Translations under genes and position numbers: made by a program
In this document: positions 28,501 to 46,500 of the stretch, one piece after another
Position numbering within the stretch: position 1 is the first letter of the stretch
How the letters are laid out: every line of letters begins with the position of its first letter
From: Eledone cirrhosa
Taxonomy: Eukaryota
Reading direction: 5' to 3'
NCBI GenBank assembly: GCA_964016885.1
Contig: OZ024744.1
Span: 19,964,001 to 20,028,000, forward strand
DNA length: 64,000 bases
Notes under the pieces: model-generated
What the model saw: only the letters and a program-made list of their open reading frames with translations
What the model was told of the DNA's origin: nothing
Database searches by the model: none

Positions 28501-31500
28501 ATACACAACACCACACTGCACTATACCACACTACACTACACCACATGTCACTACACCACACCACACTACACAACACTACACTACAATACACTACACCACG
28601 CTACACTACACTACACTACACATCATTACACACCACTACACCACACTACACCACACTACACTACACCATACCACACCACACCACACCACACCCCTCACAC
28701 TATAATACACCACACTAAACCACACAACACTGCACTATACCACACTAGGTTACACCACACTACACCACACTACACTACACCATACCACACTACACCACAC
28801 TACACTACACCATACCACACTACACCACACAACACTACACCACACCACATTACACCACACTACACCACACTACACCAAACTACACCACACTACTCCACAC
28901 CACATCGAACCACTCTACACCACGCCACACTGCAGTATACCACACTACACCAAACTACACCACCACACTAAACTAAACTACACTACACCATACTACACCA
29001 CACAACACCACACTATACTACGCAACACTAAACCACACCACACTTCACTATAGCACGCTACACTAGACCACACTACACCATAATAACACCACACTACACT
29101 ACACCACACCATACTACACTATACTACACTGCACTAAACTAGACTTCACCACACTACACCACACAACAATACACGACACCACACTACACCACACCACACC
29201 ACACCACACTATACTACGCAACACTAAACCACACCACACTGCACTATACCACACCGCAGTACACCACACTACACCACACTACACCAAATTACACCACACC
29301 ACATCGCACCACTCTACACCACACTACACCACACTACACCACACACCACTACACCACACTACACCCCACCACACCGCACCAAACTACACCGCACTACACT
29401 ATACCACCCTACACCACACTACACTACACCACACTACACTACACCACACTACACCACAGCACACAAGACTACAGCAAACCTCACCACACGACGCAACACC
29501 ACACTACACCACACCAGACAGCACTACACCACACTACACCATACTACACTACACTACACAACACCACTCTACACTACATCACACGATACCACACCACACT
29601 ACACCACACCACATTACACTACGTCACACATCACTACACGGCACCACACTACACCACTACACTACACAACACTACACTACACAATACCACACTACACTAA
29701 ACTACACTACACCACCCTACACCACAACACACTACACCACACCACCCTACACCACACTACACTACATCACAGAACACTATACCACACCACACGACACCAC
29801 AACAAACCACACTACACCACACTAAACCACACCAAACTGCACCACACTATACTACACCACACTACACCACACTACACACACCACACTACACACACCACAC
29901 TACACAACACTACATTACACTACACTACACCTCATTACATTCCAATACACCACACTACACCACACTACACTACATCATACTACACCACACCATACCACAC
30001 CCCTCACACTATACTTCACCACACTACACCACGCCACAACAAACAACACTACACCACACTACACCAAACTACACCACACTACACCAAACTACACCACACT
30101 ACTCCACACAACATCGCAGCCCTCTATACCACACCACACCACCCCACACTACACCACACTACACCACAGTATACCACACTACACCAAACTACACCACACC
30201 ATGCTACGCATCCCGACACTACACAACACCACACCATCCTACACTACACCACATAACACCACACCACACTACACCACACCACATTACACTATGCCACACA
30301 TGACTACACCGCACCTCACTACACCACTATACTACACCACACTACACTATACTTAACCACACGACACTACACTACACCACTCTACACCACACTGCACCAC
30401 CCTACACTACACTACACCACACTGCATCACATTACACCACATTTCATCACACTACACTACACCACACTACACCACACCACACCGCACCACACTACAGCAC
30501 ACTACACTACACCACACTACACCACACTACGCCACAGCACACCGAAGTACAGCGCACCACACGACGCAACACCACACTACACCACACAGCACTACACCAC
30601 ACAACACCACACCACATTTCACCAAACTACACGACACTACACCACACCAGACTACGCTACACCACACTACAGGACACTTCACCACACTACACTACACCAC
30701 ACCACACTACACACAATCACACCCAACGACACTACACCGCACCACACTACACCACACAACACTAGACCACACCACACCAGACTACACCACACCACACTAA
30801 ACTAAACTACACTACACTACACCACGCTACACCAGGCTACACTACACCACACCACACTACACCAAACTACACCACACCACACTACTCCACACCACATCGC
30901 ACCAATCTACACCACACCACACTACACCAAACTACACTACACCACACTAAACTACACTACACTACACTACACTACACCAACCCACACTCCACCACACTAC
31001 ACGACACATCATCGCACTACACGACACACACTACACCACACTACACTACAATACACTACACCACACTATACCGCACTAGACTACACCACACTACACCACA
31101 CTACACCAGACTACACCACAGCACACCAGACAACAGCACACCACACGACGCATCACCACACTACACCACACCACACCGCACTACACCACGTTGCACCATG
31201 CTACACCACCCTACACTACACAACACCACATCACCCTACACTACACCACACAACACCACACCACACCACACCACACTACACCACACCGCATTACACTACG
31301 CCAGGCATGACTACACCGCACCACACTACACTATACTACACCACACTACACTACACAACACAACACTATACTACAACACACGACACTACACTACACCATC
31401 CTACACCACCCTACACCATACCACACCATACTACACCACACTACACTACACTACACTACACTACACCACACAACACCACACTACACTAAACTTCACTACA

Positions 31501-34500
31501 CCACATCACAGAACACTACACCAAATCACACCACAATACACTACACCACACCACACTGCACCACACCACACTGCACCACAGCAAACCACACCGCACCATA
31601 CAACACTACACCACACTACACTACACCACACTACACCACACCACACTACTCCACACCACATCGCACCACTCCACACCACACCACACTACACCACACCACA
31701 CTACACCACACTACACCTCACTACACCACACAATACCACACCACACTACACAACACCACACTAAACTAAACTACACTACACCACCCCACACTACACCACA
31801 CCACACTACACCAGACTACACCACACCACAATACACCACACTACACCGTACTACACCAAACTACACCACACCACACTACACCACACCACACCACTCCACA
31901 CTACTCTACACTACACCACACCAGACTAAACCACACCAAGAAACACTGAACTACACCACACCAAACTACGCTACATCACACTACACCACAACACACATCA
32001 CCACTCTGTACTACACAACACTACACCACACTACACTACACTACACAACGTTTCACCAAAATACTCCACACCACACCATATAACAACACACTACACCACA
32101 CTAAACCACACCACACCACTCCACACAAAACCACATTACACAACACCACACTACACCACACTACACCACACCACACCGCACTACAGCAAACCACACAACA
32201 CAACGCAACACCACACAACACCACACCACACCGCACTACAACATGCTACACCATACTACACTACACTACACCACCCTACACTACACAAAACCATACCACA
32301 CCACACCACATTAGACTACGCCACACATCTCTACACCGCACCACTGTACACCACAGTACACTACACCACACTACACTACACTACACTACACTACACTACA
32401 CTACACTACACTACACCAGCCTACACCACACTACACCAACCACAGCATAGCGCACTACACTACATCACATTACACTAAACAACAACAAACAACAACAAAC
32501 TACACCACACCACACTACACTGCACCACACTACACCAAACTAAACCAAGCTACACTACACTAACGGCATCACAGCACACCACACCACATTGCACAACACT
32601 ACACCAAAGCACACATACATTACACCAGGCTACACTACACCAAACCACATTGCATCACGCTGCACTAAACTACACTACATCACACGACACCACACTACAC
32701 TAAACTACACCACACCACATCTCACCAGACTACCCCACACTACACCAAACTACACCACACCACACTACACTACAACACACTACACTACACAACACTACAC
32801 CACCCTACACCACCCTACACCACATCACACTAAACTACCCTACACCACACCACACTATACCACACTGCCCTACACCACACTACACAACACTACACCACAC
32901 CACAGTACAACACACTACACCATACTACACCAAACTACACCGCACCACACCGCACCACACTACACCACACCACACTACGCGACACCAAACTACAACACAT
33001 CAGACAACACCACACCAGGCTACACTACACAACACCACATTATACCACACTGCAATAAACTACACTACACGACACGACACCACACTACACTAAACTACAC
33101 CACACCACATCACACCCCACTACCCCAAACTACACCAAACTACACCACACCACACTACACCACACCGCACTACACCACACAACACCACACTACACTAAAC
33201 TATACTACACCACATCTCACACCATTACACCACACTGCACCACACTAAACTACACTACACTACACCATATTACACCACACTACACCGCACCACACTATAC
33301 TACACCACGCTACACCACACCACATCACACCACCTCATACCCCACTACACAACACCACACCACACTTCACTACGTTACACCACACCACGCCACACTACAC
33401 CACACCAAACAACACTACACCAAACCACTCCACACACAACACTACACCACACCTAACACCACACCACATCACACCACACTACACCACACTACACCGCAAG
33501 GCACTACAGTACACTACACCTCACTACACTACACCACACTACACCACATTACACCACTCTACACCACACTTAACCACACAACACCACACCACAATGCACT
33601 ACACCACGCTACACCATACTACACCACACTACACTACACCACACTTCACCACACTACACTACACCACACTACACCACATCACACTACACCACACTACTCC
33701 ACACTACACTACACCACACCACACTACACTACACCACAGAGCACCACACCACACCACGCTACACCACACTAAACACACCATACCGCACTACACCAGACTA
33801 CACCACCCCACAATACACCACACTACACCACAGTATACCACACTACACCAAACTACACCACACCACACTAAACTAAACTACACTACACCATACTACACCA
33901 CACAACACCACACTATACTACGCAACACTAAACCACACCACACTTCACTATAGCACGCTACACTAGACCACACTACACCATAATAACACCACACTACACT
34001 ACACCACACCATACTACACTATACTACACTGCATTAAACTAGACTTCACCACACTACACCACACAACAATACACGACACCACACTACACCACACCACACC
34101 ACACTATACTACGCAACACTAAACCACACCATACTGCACTATACCACACCGCAGTACACCACACTACACCACACTACACCAAATTACACCACACCACATC
34201 GCACCACTCTACACCACACTACACCACACTACACCACACACCACTACACCACACTACACCCCACCACACCGCACCAAACTACACCGCACTACACTATACC
34301 ACCCTACACCACACTACACTACACCACACTACACTACACCACACTACACCACAGCACACAAGACTACAGCAAACCTCACCACACGACGCAACACCACACT
34401 ACACCACACCAGACAGCACTACACCACACTACACCATACTACACTACACTACACAACACCACTCTACACTACATCACACGATACCACACCACTCTACACC

Positions 34501-37500
34501 ACACCACATTACACTACGTCACACATCACTACACGGCACCACACTACACCACTACACTACACAACACTACACTACACAATACCACACTACACTAAACTAC
34601 ACTACACCACCCTACACCACAACACACTACACCACACCACCCTACACCACACTACACTACATCACAGAACACTATACCACACCACACGACACCACAACAA
34701 ACCACACTACACCACACTAAACCACACCAAACTGCACCACACTATACTACACCACACTACACCACACTACACACACCACACTACACACACCACACTACAC
34801 AACACTACATTACACTACACTACACCTCATTACATTCCAATACACCACACTACACCACACTACACCACACTACACCACACTACACTACATCATACTACAC
34901 CACACCATACCACACCCCTCACACTATACTTCACCACACTACACCACACCACAACAAACAACACTACACCACACTACACCAAACTACACCACACTACACC
35001 AAACTACACCACACTACTCCACACAACATCGAAGCCCTCTATACCACACCACACCACCCCACACTACACCACACTACACCACAGTATACCACACTACACC
35101 AAACTACACCACACCATGCTACGCATCCCGACACTACACAACACCACACCATCCTACACTACACCACATAACACCACACCACACTACACCACACCACATT
35201 ACACTATGCCACACATGACTACACCGCACCTCACTACACCACTATACTACACCACACTACACTATACTTAACCACACGACACTACACTACACCACTCTAC
35301 ACCACACTGCACCACCCTACACTACACTACACCACACTGCATCACATTACACCACATTTCATCACACTACACTACACCACACTACACCACACCACACCGC
35401 ACCACACTACAGCACACTACACTACACCACACTACACCACACTACGCCACAGCACACCGAAGTACAGCACACCACACGACGCAACACCACACTACACCAC
35501 ACAGCACTACACCACACAACACCATACCACATTTCACCAAACTACACGACACTACACCACACCAGACTACGCTACACCACACTACAGGACACTTCACCAC
35601 ACTACACTACACCACACCACACTACACACAATCACACCCAACGACACTACACCGCACCACACTACACCACACAACACTAGACCACACCACACCAGACTAC
35701 AGCACACCACACTAAACTAAACTACACTACACTACACCACGCTACACCAGGCTACACTACACCACACCACACTACACCAAACTACACCACACCACACTAC
35801 ACCAAACTACACTACACCACACTAAACTACACTACACTACACTACACTACACCAACCCACACTCCACCACACTACACGACACATCATCGCACTACACGAC
35901 ACACACTACACCACACTACACTACAATACACAACACCACACTATACCGCACTAGACTACACCACACTACACCACACTACACCGGACTACACCACAGCACA
36001 CCAGACAACAGCACACCACACGACGCATCACCACACTACACCACACCACACCGCACTACACCACGTTGCACCATGCTACACCACCCTACACTACACAACA
36101 CCACATCACCCTACACTACACCACACAACACCACACCACACCACACCACACTACACCACACCGCATTACACTACGCCAGGCATGACTACACCGCACCACA
36201 CTACACTACACCACACTACACTATACTACACCACACTACACTACACAACACAACACTATACTACAACACACGACACTACACTACACCATCCTACACCACC
36301 CTACACCATACCACACCATACTACACCACACTACACTACACTACACTACACTACACCACACAACACCACACTACACTAAACTTCACTACACCACATCACA
36401 GAACACTACACCAAATCACACCACAATACACTACACCACACCACACTGCAGCACACCACACTGCACCACAGCAAACCACACCGCACCATACAACACTACA
36501 CCACACTACACTACACCACACTACACCACACCACACTACTCCACACCACATCGCACCACTCCACACCACACCACACTACACCACACCACACTACACCACA
36601 CTACACCTCACTACACCACACAATACCACACCACACTACACAACACCACACTAAACTAAACTACACTACACCACCCCACACTACACCACACCACACTACA
36701 CCAGACTACACCACACCACAATACACCACACTACACCGTACTACACCAAACTACACCACACCACACTACACCACATCACACCACTCCACACTACACTACA
36801 CTACACCACACCAGACAAAACCACACCAAGAAACACTGAACTACACCACACCAAACTACGCTACATCACACTACACCACAACACACATCACCACTCTGTA
36901 CTACACAACACTACACCACACTACACTACACTACACAACGTTTCACCAAAATACTCCACACCACACCATATAACAACACACTACACCACACTAAACCACA
37001 CCACACCACTCCACACAAAACCACATTACACAACACCACACTACACCACACTACACCACACCACACCGCACTACAGCAAACCACACAACACAACGCAACA
37101 CCACACAACACCACACCACACCGCACTACAACATGCTACACCATACTACACTACACTACACCACCCTACACTACACAAAACCATACCACACCACACCACA
37201 TTAGACTACGCCACACATCTCTACACCGCACCACTGTACACCACAGTACACTACACCACACTACACTACACTACACTACACTACACTACACTACACTACA
37301 CTACACCAGCCTACACCACACTACACCAACCACAGCATAGCGCACTACACTACATCACATTACACTAAACAACAACAAACAACAACAAACTACACCACAC
37401 CACACTACACTGCACCACACTACACCACACTAAACCACGCTACACTACACTAACGGCATCACAGCACACCACACCACATTGCACAACACTACACCACACT

Positions 37501-40500
37501 ACACAACACTACATTACACCACACCACACCACAACACACCAAATCGCACTACACTACACCTCACCACACCACCCCACACTTCACCACACCAAACCGCACT
37601 AAGTCACACCGCACGAAACTTCACCACACTACACTGGACCACACCACACGTCACCACACTACACTCAACTACACCACACCGCACTACATCACACCGCACT
37701 ACACCACACCCCACGACACAACACTACACCAAAGCACACATACATTACACCAGGCTACACTACACCAAACCACATTGCATCACGCTGCACTAAACTACAC
37801 TACATCACACGACACCACACTACACTAAACTACACCACACCACATCTCACCAGACTACCCCACACTACACCAAACTACACCACACCACACTACACTACAA
37901 CACACTACACTACACAACACTACACCACCCTACACCACCCTACAACACATCACACTAAACTACCCTACACCACACCACACTATACCACACTGCCCTACAC
38001 CACACTACACAACACTACACCACACCACAGTACAACACACTACACCATACTACACCAAACTACACCGCACCACACCGCACCACACTACACCACACCACAC
38101 TACGCGACACCAAACTACAACACATCAGACAACACCACACCAGGCTACACTACACAACACCACATTATACCACACTGCAATAAACTACACTACACGACAC
38201 GACACCACACTACACTAAACTACACCACACCACATCACACCCCACTACCCCAAACTACACCAAACTACACCACACTACACCACACCACACCGCACTACAC
38301 CACACAACACCACACTACACTAAACTATACTACACCACATCTCACACCATTACACCACACTGCACCACACTAAACTACACTACACTACACCATATTACAC
38401 CACACTACACCGCACCACACTATACTACACCACGCTACACCACACCACATCACACCACCTCATACCCCACTACACAACACCACACCACACTTCACTACGT
38501 TACACCACACCACGCCACACTACACCACACCAAACAACACTACACCAAACCACTCCACACACAACACTACACCACACCTAACACCACACCACACCACACC
38601 ACACTACACTACACCTGACTAGACCACACAACATCACACCACACTACACCACACTACACCGCAAGGCACTACAGTACACTACACCTCACTACACTACACC
38701 ACACTACACCACATTACACCACTCTACACCACACTACACCACACAACACCACACCACAATGCACTACACCACGCTACACCATACTACACCACACTACACT
38801 ACACCACACTTCACCACACTACACTACACCACACTACACCACATCACACTACACCACACTACACCACACTACACTACACCACACTTCACCACACTACACT
38901 ACACCACACTACACCACATCACACTACACCACACTACTCCACACTACACTACACCACACCACACTACACTACACCACAGAGCACCACACCACACCACGCT
39001 ACACCACACTAAACACACCATACCGCACTACACCAGACTACACCACCCCACAATACACCACACTACACCACAGTATACCACACTACACCAAACTACACCA
39101 CACCATGCTACGCATCCCGACACTACACAACACCACACCACCCTACACTACACCACATAACACCACACCACACTACACCACACCACATTACAATATGCCA
39201 CACATGACTACACCGCACCTCACTACATCACTATACTACACCACACTACACTATACTTAACCACACGACACTACACTACACAACTCTACACCACACTGCA
39301 CAACCCTACACCACACTACACCACACTGCATCACATTACACCACATTTCATCACACTACACTACACCACACTACACCACACCACACCGCACCACACTACA
39401 CCACACTACACTACACCACACTACACCACACATCACTACACCACACAACACCACACCACATTTCACCACACTACACGACACTACACCACACCACACTACG
39501 CTACACCACACTACAGGACACTTCACCACACTACACTACACCACACCACACTACACACAATTACACCACACGACACTACACCGCACCACACCAGACTACA
39601 CCACACCACACTAAACTAAACTACACTACACTACACCACGCTACACCAGACTACACTACACCACACCACACTACACCAAACTACACTACACCACACTAAA
39701 CTAAACTACACTACACTACACTACACCAACCCACACTCCACCACACTACACGACACATCATCGCACTACACGACACACACTACACCACACTACACTACAA
39801 TACACTACACCACACTATACCACACTAGACTACACCACGCTACACCACACTACACCAGACTACACCACAGCACACCAGACTACAGCACACCACACGACGC
39901 ATCACCACACTACACCACACCACACCGCACTACACCACGTTGCACCATGCTACACCACCCTACACTACACAACACCACACCACACCACACAACACTACAC
40001 CACACCGCATTACACTAGGCCACACATGACTACACCACACCACACTACACCACTACACTACGCCACACTACATTATACTACACCACACTACACTACACAA
40101 CACTACACTATACTACAAAACACGACACTACACTACACCATCCTACACCACACCACACCACACCACACCATACTACACCACACTACACTACACTACACTA
40201 CACCACACAACACCACACTACACTAAACTTCACTACACCACACCACACTACACTACACAACACTACACTACACCGCACTACACTACACCATCCTACACCA
40301 CCCTACACCACACCACACCATACTACACCACACTACACTACACTACACCACACAACACCACACTACACTAAACTTCACTACACCACATCACACAACACTA
40401 CACCAAATCATACCACAATACACTACACCACACCACACAGCACCACACCACACTGCACCACAGCAAATCACACCGCACCATACAACACAACATCGCACTA

Positions 40501-43500
40501 CACTACACCACACTACACCACACTACACTACACCACGCTACACCATACTACACTACAATACACTACACCACACCACCCTACACCAACCCACAGCATACCA
40601 CACTACACTACACCACACTATAATACACCACAACACACTACACCACAGCACACTACACTACACCACAATACATCATACTACACCACACTACACCACACCA
40701 CACTATACTACACCACACCACACTACACTACACTACACTACACTACAACACACTACACCACATTACACTAAAACTACAGAACACCACACTACACCACACT
40801 ACACCACACTACACCACACTACACTACACCATACTACACCACACCACACTACACTATACTACGCGTCACTAAATCACACAGCACTACACTATAGCACACT
40901 ACACTAGACAACACAAAACCACACTACCACACTACACCACAATACACTACACCACACCACACTACACTATACTACACTGCACTAACTACACTTCACCACA
41001 CTACACCACATCACACTACACCACACCACACCACACCACACTATATTACGCATCACTAAACCACACCACAGTGCACTATACCACACTACACCACACTACA
41101 CCACACTACACTACACCACATCACACTACACTACACTACACTGCACTACACTACACTTCACCACACTACACCACAACACGCTACACCACACTACACCACA
41201 CTACACCACACCACAACACACTACACCATACTACACCACACTACACTACAGTATTACACGTCACACCAAACTACACCTCACTAAATTAAACTACACTACA
41301 CCACACTACACTACACCACACCACACTACACTACACAACACTACACTACACTAAACTACACTACACTACACTACTCCACACTACACTAGACAACACTACA
41401 CTACACCAAACTACACCACACTACTCCACAGCACACCAAACTACAGCACACCACACCACACGACGCAACACCACACTACACCCACCACACCACACTACAC
41501 CACGCTACACTATACTACACTTCATTACACTAAACCACACCACCCTACTCTACACCACACAACACAACACATATTACACCACACCTCCCTACACAACACT
41601 ACACCCCACCACCCTACACTACACCACACCACACTACACCAGACCACATTAGACTACGCCACACATCACTACACCGCACCACAAAACAACACTACACTAC
41701 ACCACACTACACTACACTACACTACACCACAGTATACCACACTACACCAAACTACACCACACCATGCTACGCATCCCGACACTACACAACACCACACCAT
41801 CCTACACTACACCACATAACACCACACCACACTACACCACACCACATTACACTATGCCACACATGACTACACCGCACCTCACTACACCACTATACTACAC
41901 CACACTACACTATACTTAACCACACGACACTACACTACACCACTCTACACCACACTGCACCACCCTACACCACACTACACCACACTGCATCACATTACAC
42001 CACATTTCATCACACTACACTACACCACACTACACCACACCACACCGCACCACACTACAGCACACTACACTACATCACACTACACCACACTACGCCACAG
42101 CACACCGAAGTACAGCACACCACACGACGCAACACCACACTACACCACACAGCACTACACCACACAACACCACACCGCATTTCACCAAACTACACGACAC
42201 TACACCACACCACACTACGCTACACCACACTACAGGACACTTCACCACACTACACTACACCACACCACACTACACACAATCACACCACACGACGCTACAC
42301 CGCACCACACTACACCACACAACACTAGACCACACCACACCAGACTACAGCACACCACACTAAACTAAACTACACTACACTACACCACGCTACACCAGGC
42401 TACACTACACCACACCACACTACACCAAACTACACCACACCACACTACTCCACACCACATCGCACCAATCTACACCTCACCACACTACACCAAACTACAC
42501 TACACCACACTAAACTACACTACACTACACTACACCAACCCACACTCCACCACACTACACGACACATCATCGCACTACACGACATACACTACACCACACT
42601 ACACTACAATACACTACACCACACTATACCACACTAGACTACACCACACTACACCACACTACACCAGACTACACCACAGCACACCAGACTACAGCACACC
42701 ACACGACGCATCACCACACTACACCACACCACACCGCACTACACCACGTTGCACCATGCTACACCACCCTACATTACACAACACCACACCACCCTACACT
42801 ACACCACACAACACCACACCACACCACACCACACTACACCACACCGCATTACACTACGCCACGCATGACTACACCGCACCACACTACACTACACCACACT
42901 ACACTATACTACACCACACTACACTACACAACACAGCACTATACTACAAACACTACACTACACTACACTACACTACACTACACCACACAACACCACACTA
43001 CACTAAACTTCACTACACCACATCACAGAACACTACACCAAATCACACCACAATACACTACACCACACCACACAGCACCACACCACACTGCACCACAGCA
43101 AACCACACCGCACCATACAACACAACATCGCACTACACTACACCACACTACACCACACTACACCACACCACACTACTCCACACCACATCGCACCACTCCA
43201 CACCACACTACACTACACCACACCATACTACACCACACTACACCTCACTACACCACACTATACCACACCACACTACACAACACCACACTAAACTAAACTA
43301 CACTACACCACCCCACACTACACCACACCACAATACACCACACTACACCATACTACACCAAACTACACCACACAACACTACACCACACCACACCAATCCA
43401 CACTACACTACACTACACCACACCAGACTAAACCACACCAAGAAACACCGTACTACACCAAACTACACCACACCACACTACACCACACCACACCACTCCA

Positions 43501-46500
43501 CACTACTCTACACTACACCACACCAGACTAAACCACACCAAGAAACACTGAAGTACACCACACCAAACTACGCTACATCACACTACACCACAACACACAT
43601 CACCACTCTGTACTACACAACACTACACCACACTACACTACACTACACAACGTTTCACCAAAATACTCCACACCACACCATATAACAACACACTACACCA
43701 CACTAAACCACACCACACCACTCCACACAAAACCACATTACACAACACAACACTACACCACACTACACCACACCACCCCACACTACAGCAAACCACACAA
43801 CACAACGCAACACCACACAACACCACACCACACCGCACTACAACATGCTACACCATACTACACTACACTACACCACCCTACACTACACAAAACCATACCA
43901 CACCACACCACATTAGACTACGCCACACATCTCTACACCGCACCACTGTACACCACAGTACACTACACCACACTACACTACACTACACTACACTACACTA
44001 CACTACACTACACTACACCAGCCTACACCACACTACACCAACCACAGCATAGCACACTACACTACATCACATTACACTAAACAACAACAAACAACAACAA
44101 ACAATAACAAACTACACCACACCACACTACACTGCACCACACTACACCACACTAAACCACGCTACACTACACTAACGGCATCACAGCACACCACGCCACA
44201 TTGCACAACACTACACCACACTACACGACACTACATTACACCACACCACACCACAACACACCAAACCGCACTACACTACACCTCACCACACCACCCCACA
44301 CTTCACCACACCAAACCGCACTAAGTCACACCGCACGAAACTTCACCACACTACACTGGACCACACCACACGTCACCACACTACACTAAACTACACCACA
44401 CCGCACTACATCACACCGCATAACACCACACCCCACGACACAACACTACACCAAAGCACACATACATTACACCAGGCTACACTACACCAAACCACATTGC
44501 ATCACGCTGCACTAAACTACACTACATCACACGACACCACACTACACTAAACTACACCACACCACATCTCACCAGACTACCCCACACTACACCAAACTAC
44601 ACCACACCACACTACACTACGACACACTACACTACACAACACTACATCACCCTACACCACCCTACACCACATCACACTAAACTACCCTACACCACACCAC
44701 ACTATACCGCACTGCCCTACACCACACTACACAACACTACACCACACCACAGTAAAACACACTAGACCATACTACACCAAACTACACCGCACCACACCGC
44801 ACCACACTACACCACACCACACTACGCGACACCAAACTACAACACATCAGACAACACCACACCAGGCTACACTACACAACACCACATTATACCACACTGC
44901 AATAAACTACACTACACCACACGACACCACACTACACTAAACTACACCACACCACATCACACCCCACTACCCCAAACTACACCAAACTACACCACACCAC
45001 ACTACACCACACCACACCACACTACACCACACAACACCACTCTACACTAAACTATACTACACCACATCTCACACCATTACACCACACTGCACCACACTAA
45101 ACTACACTACACTACACCATATTACACCACACTACACCGCACCACATCACACCACCTCATACCCCACTACACAACACCACACCACACTTCACTACATTAC
45201 ACCACACCACGCCACACTACACCACACCAAACAACACTACACCAAACCACGCCACACACAACACTACACCACACCTAACACCACACCACACCACACCACA
45301 CTACACTACACCATACTACACCACACTACACTACACCACACTTCACCACACTACACTACACCACACTACACCACATCACACTACACCACACTACTCCACA
45401 CTATACTACACCACACCACACTACACTACACCACAGAACACCACACCACACCACGCTACACCACACTAAACCACACCATACCGCACTACACCAGACTACA
45501 CCACACCACACTACTCCACACCACATCGCACAATTCTACACCACACTACACCACACCACACTACACCACACTACACTTCACCACACTACACCACATAACA
45601 CTACACCACACCACGTTACACCACACCACACTACACCACACTACACTACATTACACCAAACTACAACACACCACAATACTACACCACAGTTTACCACACC
45701 ACACCAAACTACACAACACCACACTAAACTAAACTACACTACACCACACTACACTACACTACACTACACTACACCACCTCACACCACACTACACCACACT
45801 ACACCACACTACACCACACTACACCACACTACACTACACCCCACCACTCCACACTACACGACACCACACCAGGCTACACCACACAACACCACACCACACT
45901 AAATTACACTCCACCATATTACACAACACCACATCACACCATACTAAGCTACACCACACAACAACACACTTCACCACACCACACTACACCACACTACACC
46001 ACACTACACCACACCATACAACAGCACACTACACCCTACTACACCACACCAAACTACAGCACACTATACTACACTACACCATACTACAGCACACTAGACT
46101 ACCCGACACTATACTACATCACACCACACAACACTACAGCAAATCACACCACACAACACTACACCACAACACACTACACCACACTATACTAAATTTCACC
46201 TCACTACACCACACTATACCACCCCACACTGCACCACACTAAACTACACAACACTACACCACAATACAACACACTACACCACACCACAGTAAACTACACC
46301 ACACTAAAATAAACTAGACTACACTACACTACACCAACCCGCACTACCTCACACTACACCACACATCACCACACTACACAATACCACGTAACACCACACT
46401 ACACCACACCACACCACAATACACTACACCACATTACACCACACCGCACCACACTGCACCACACTCCACTACACCACTCTACACCACACTACACCATACT

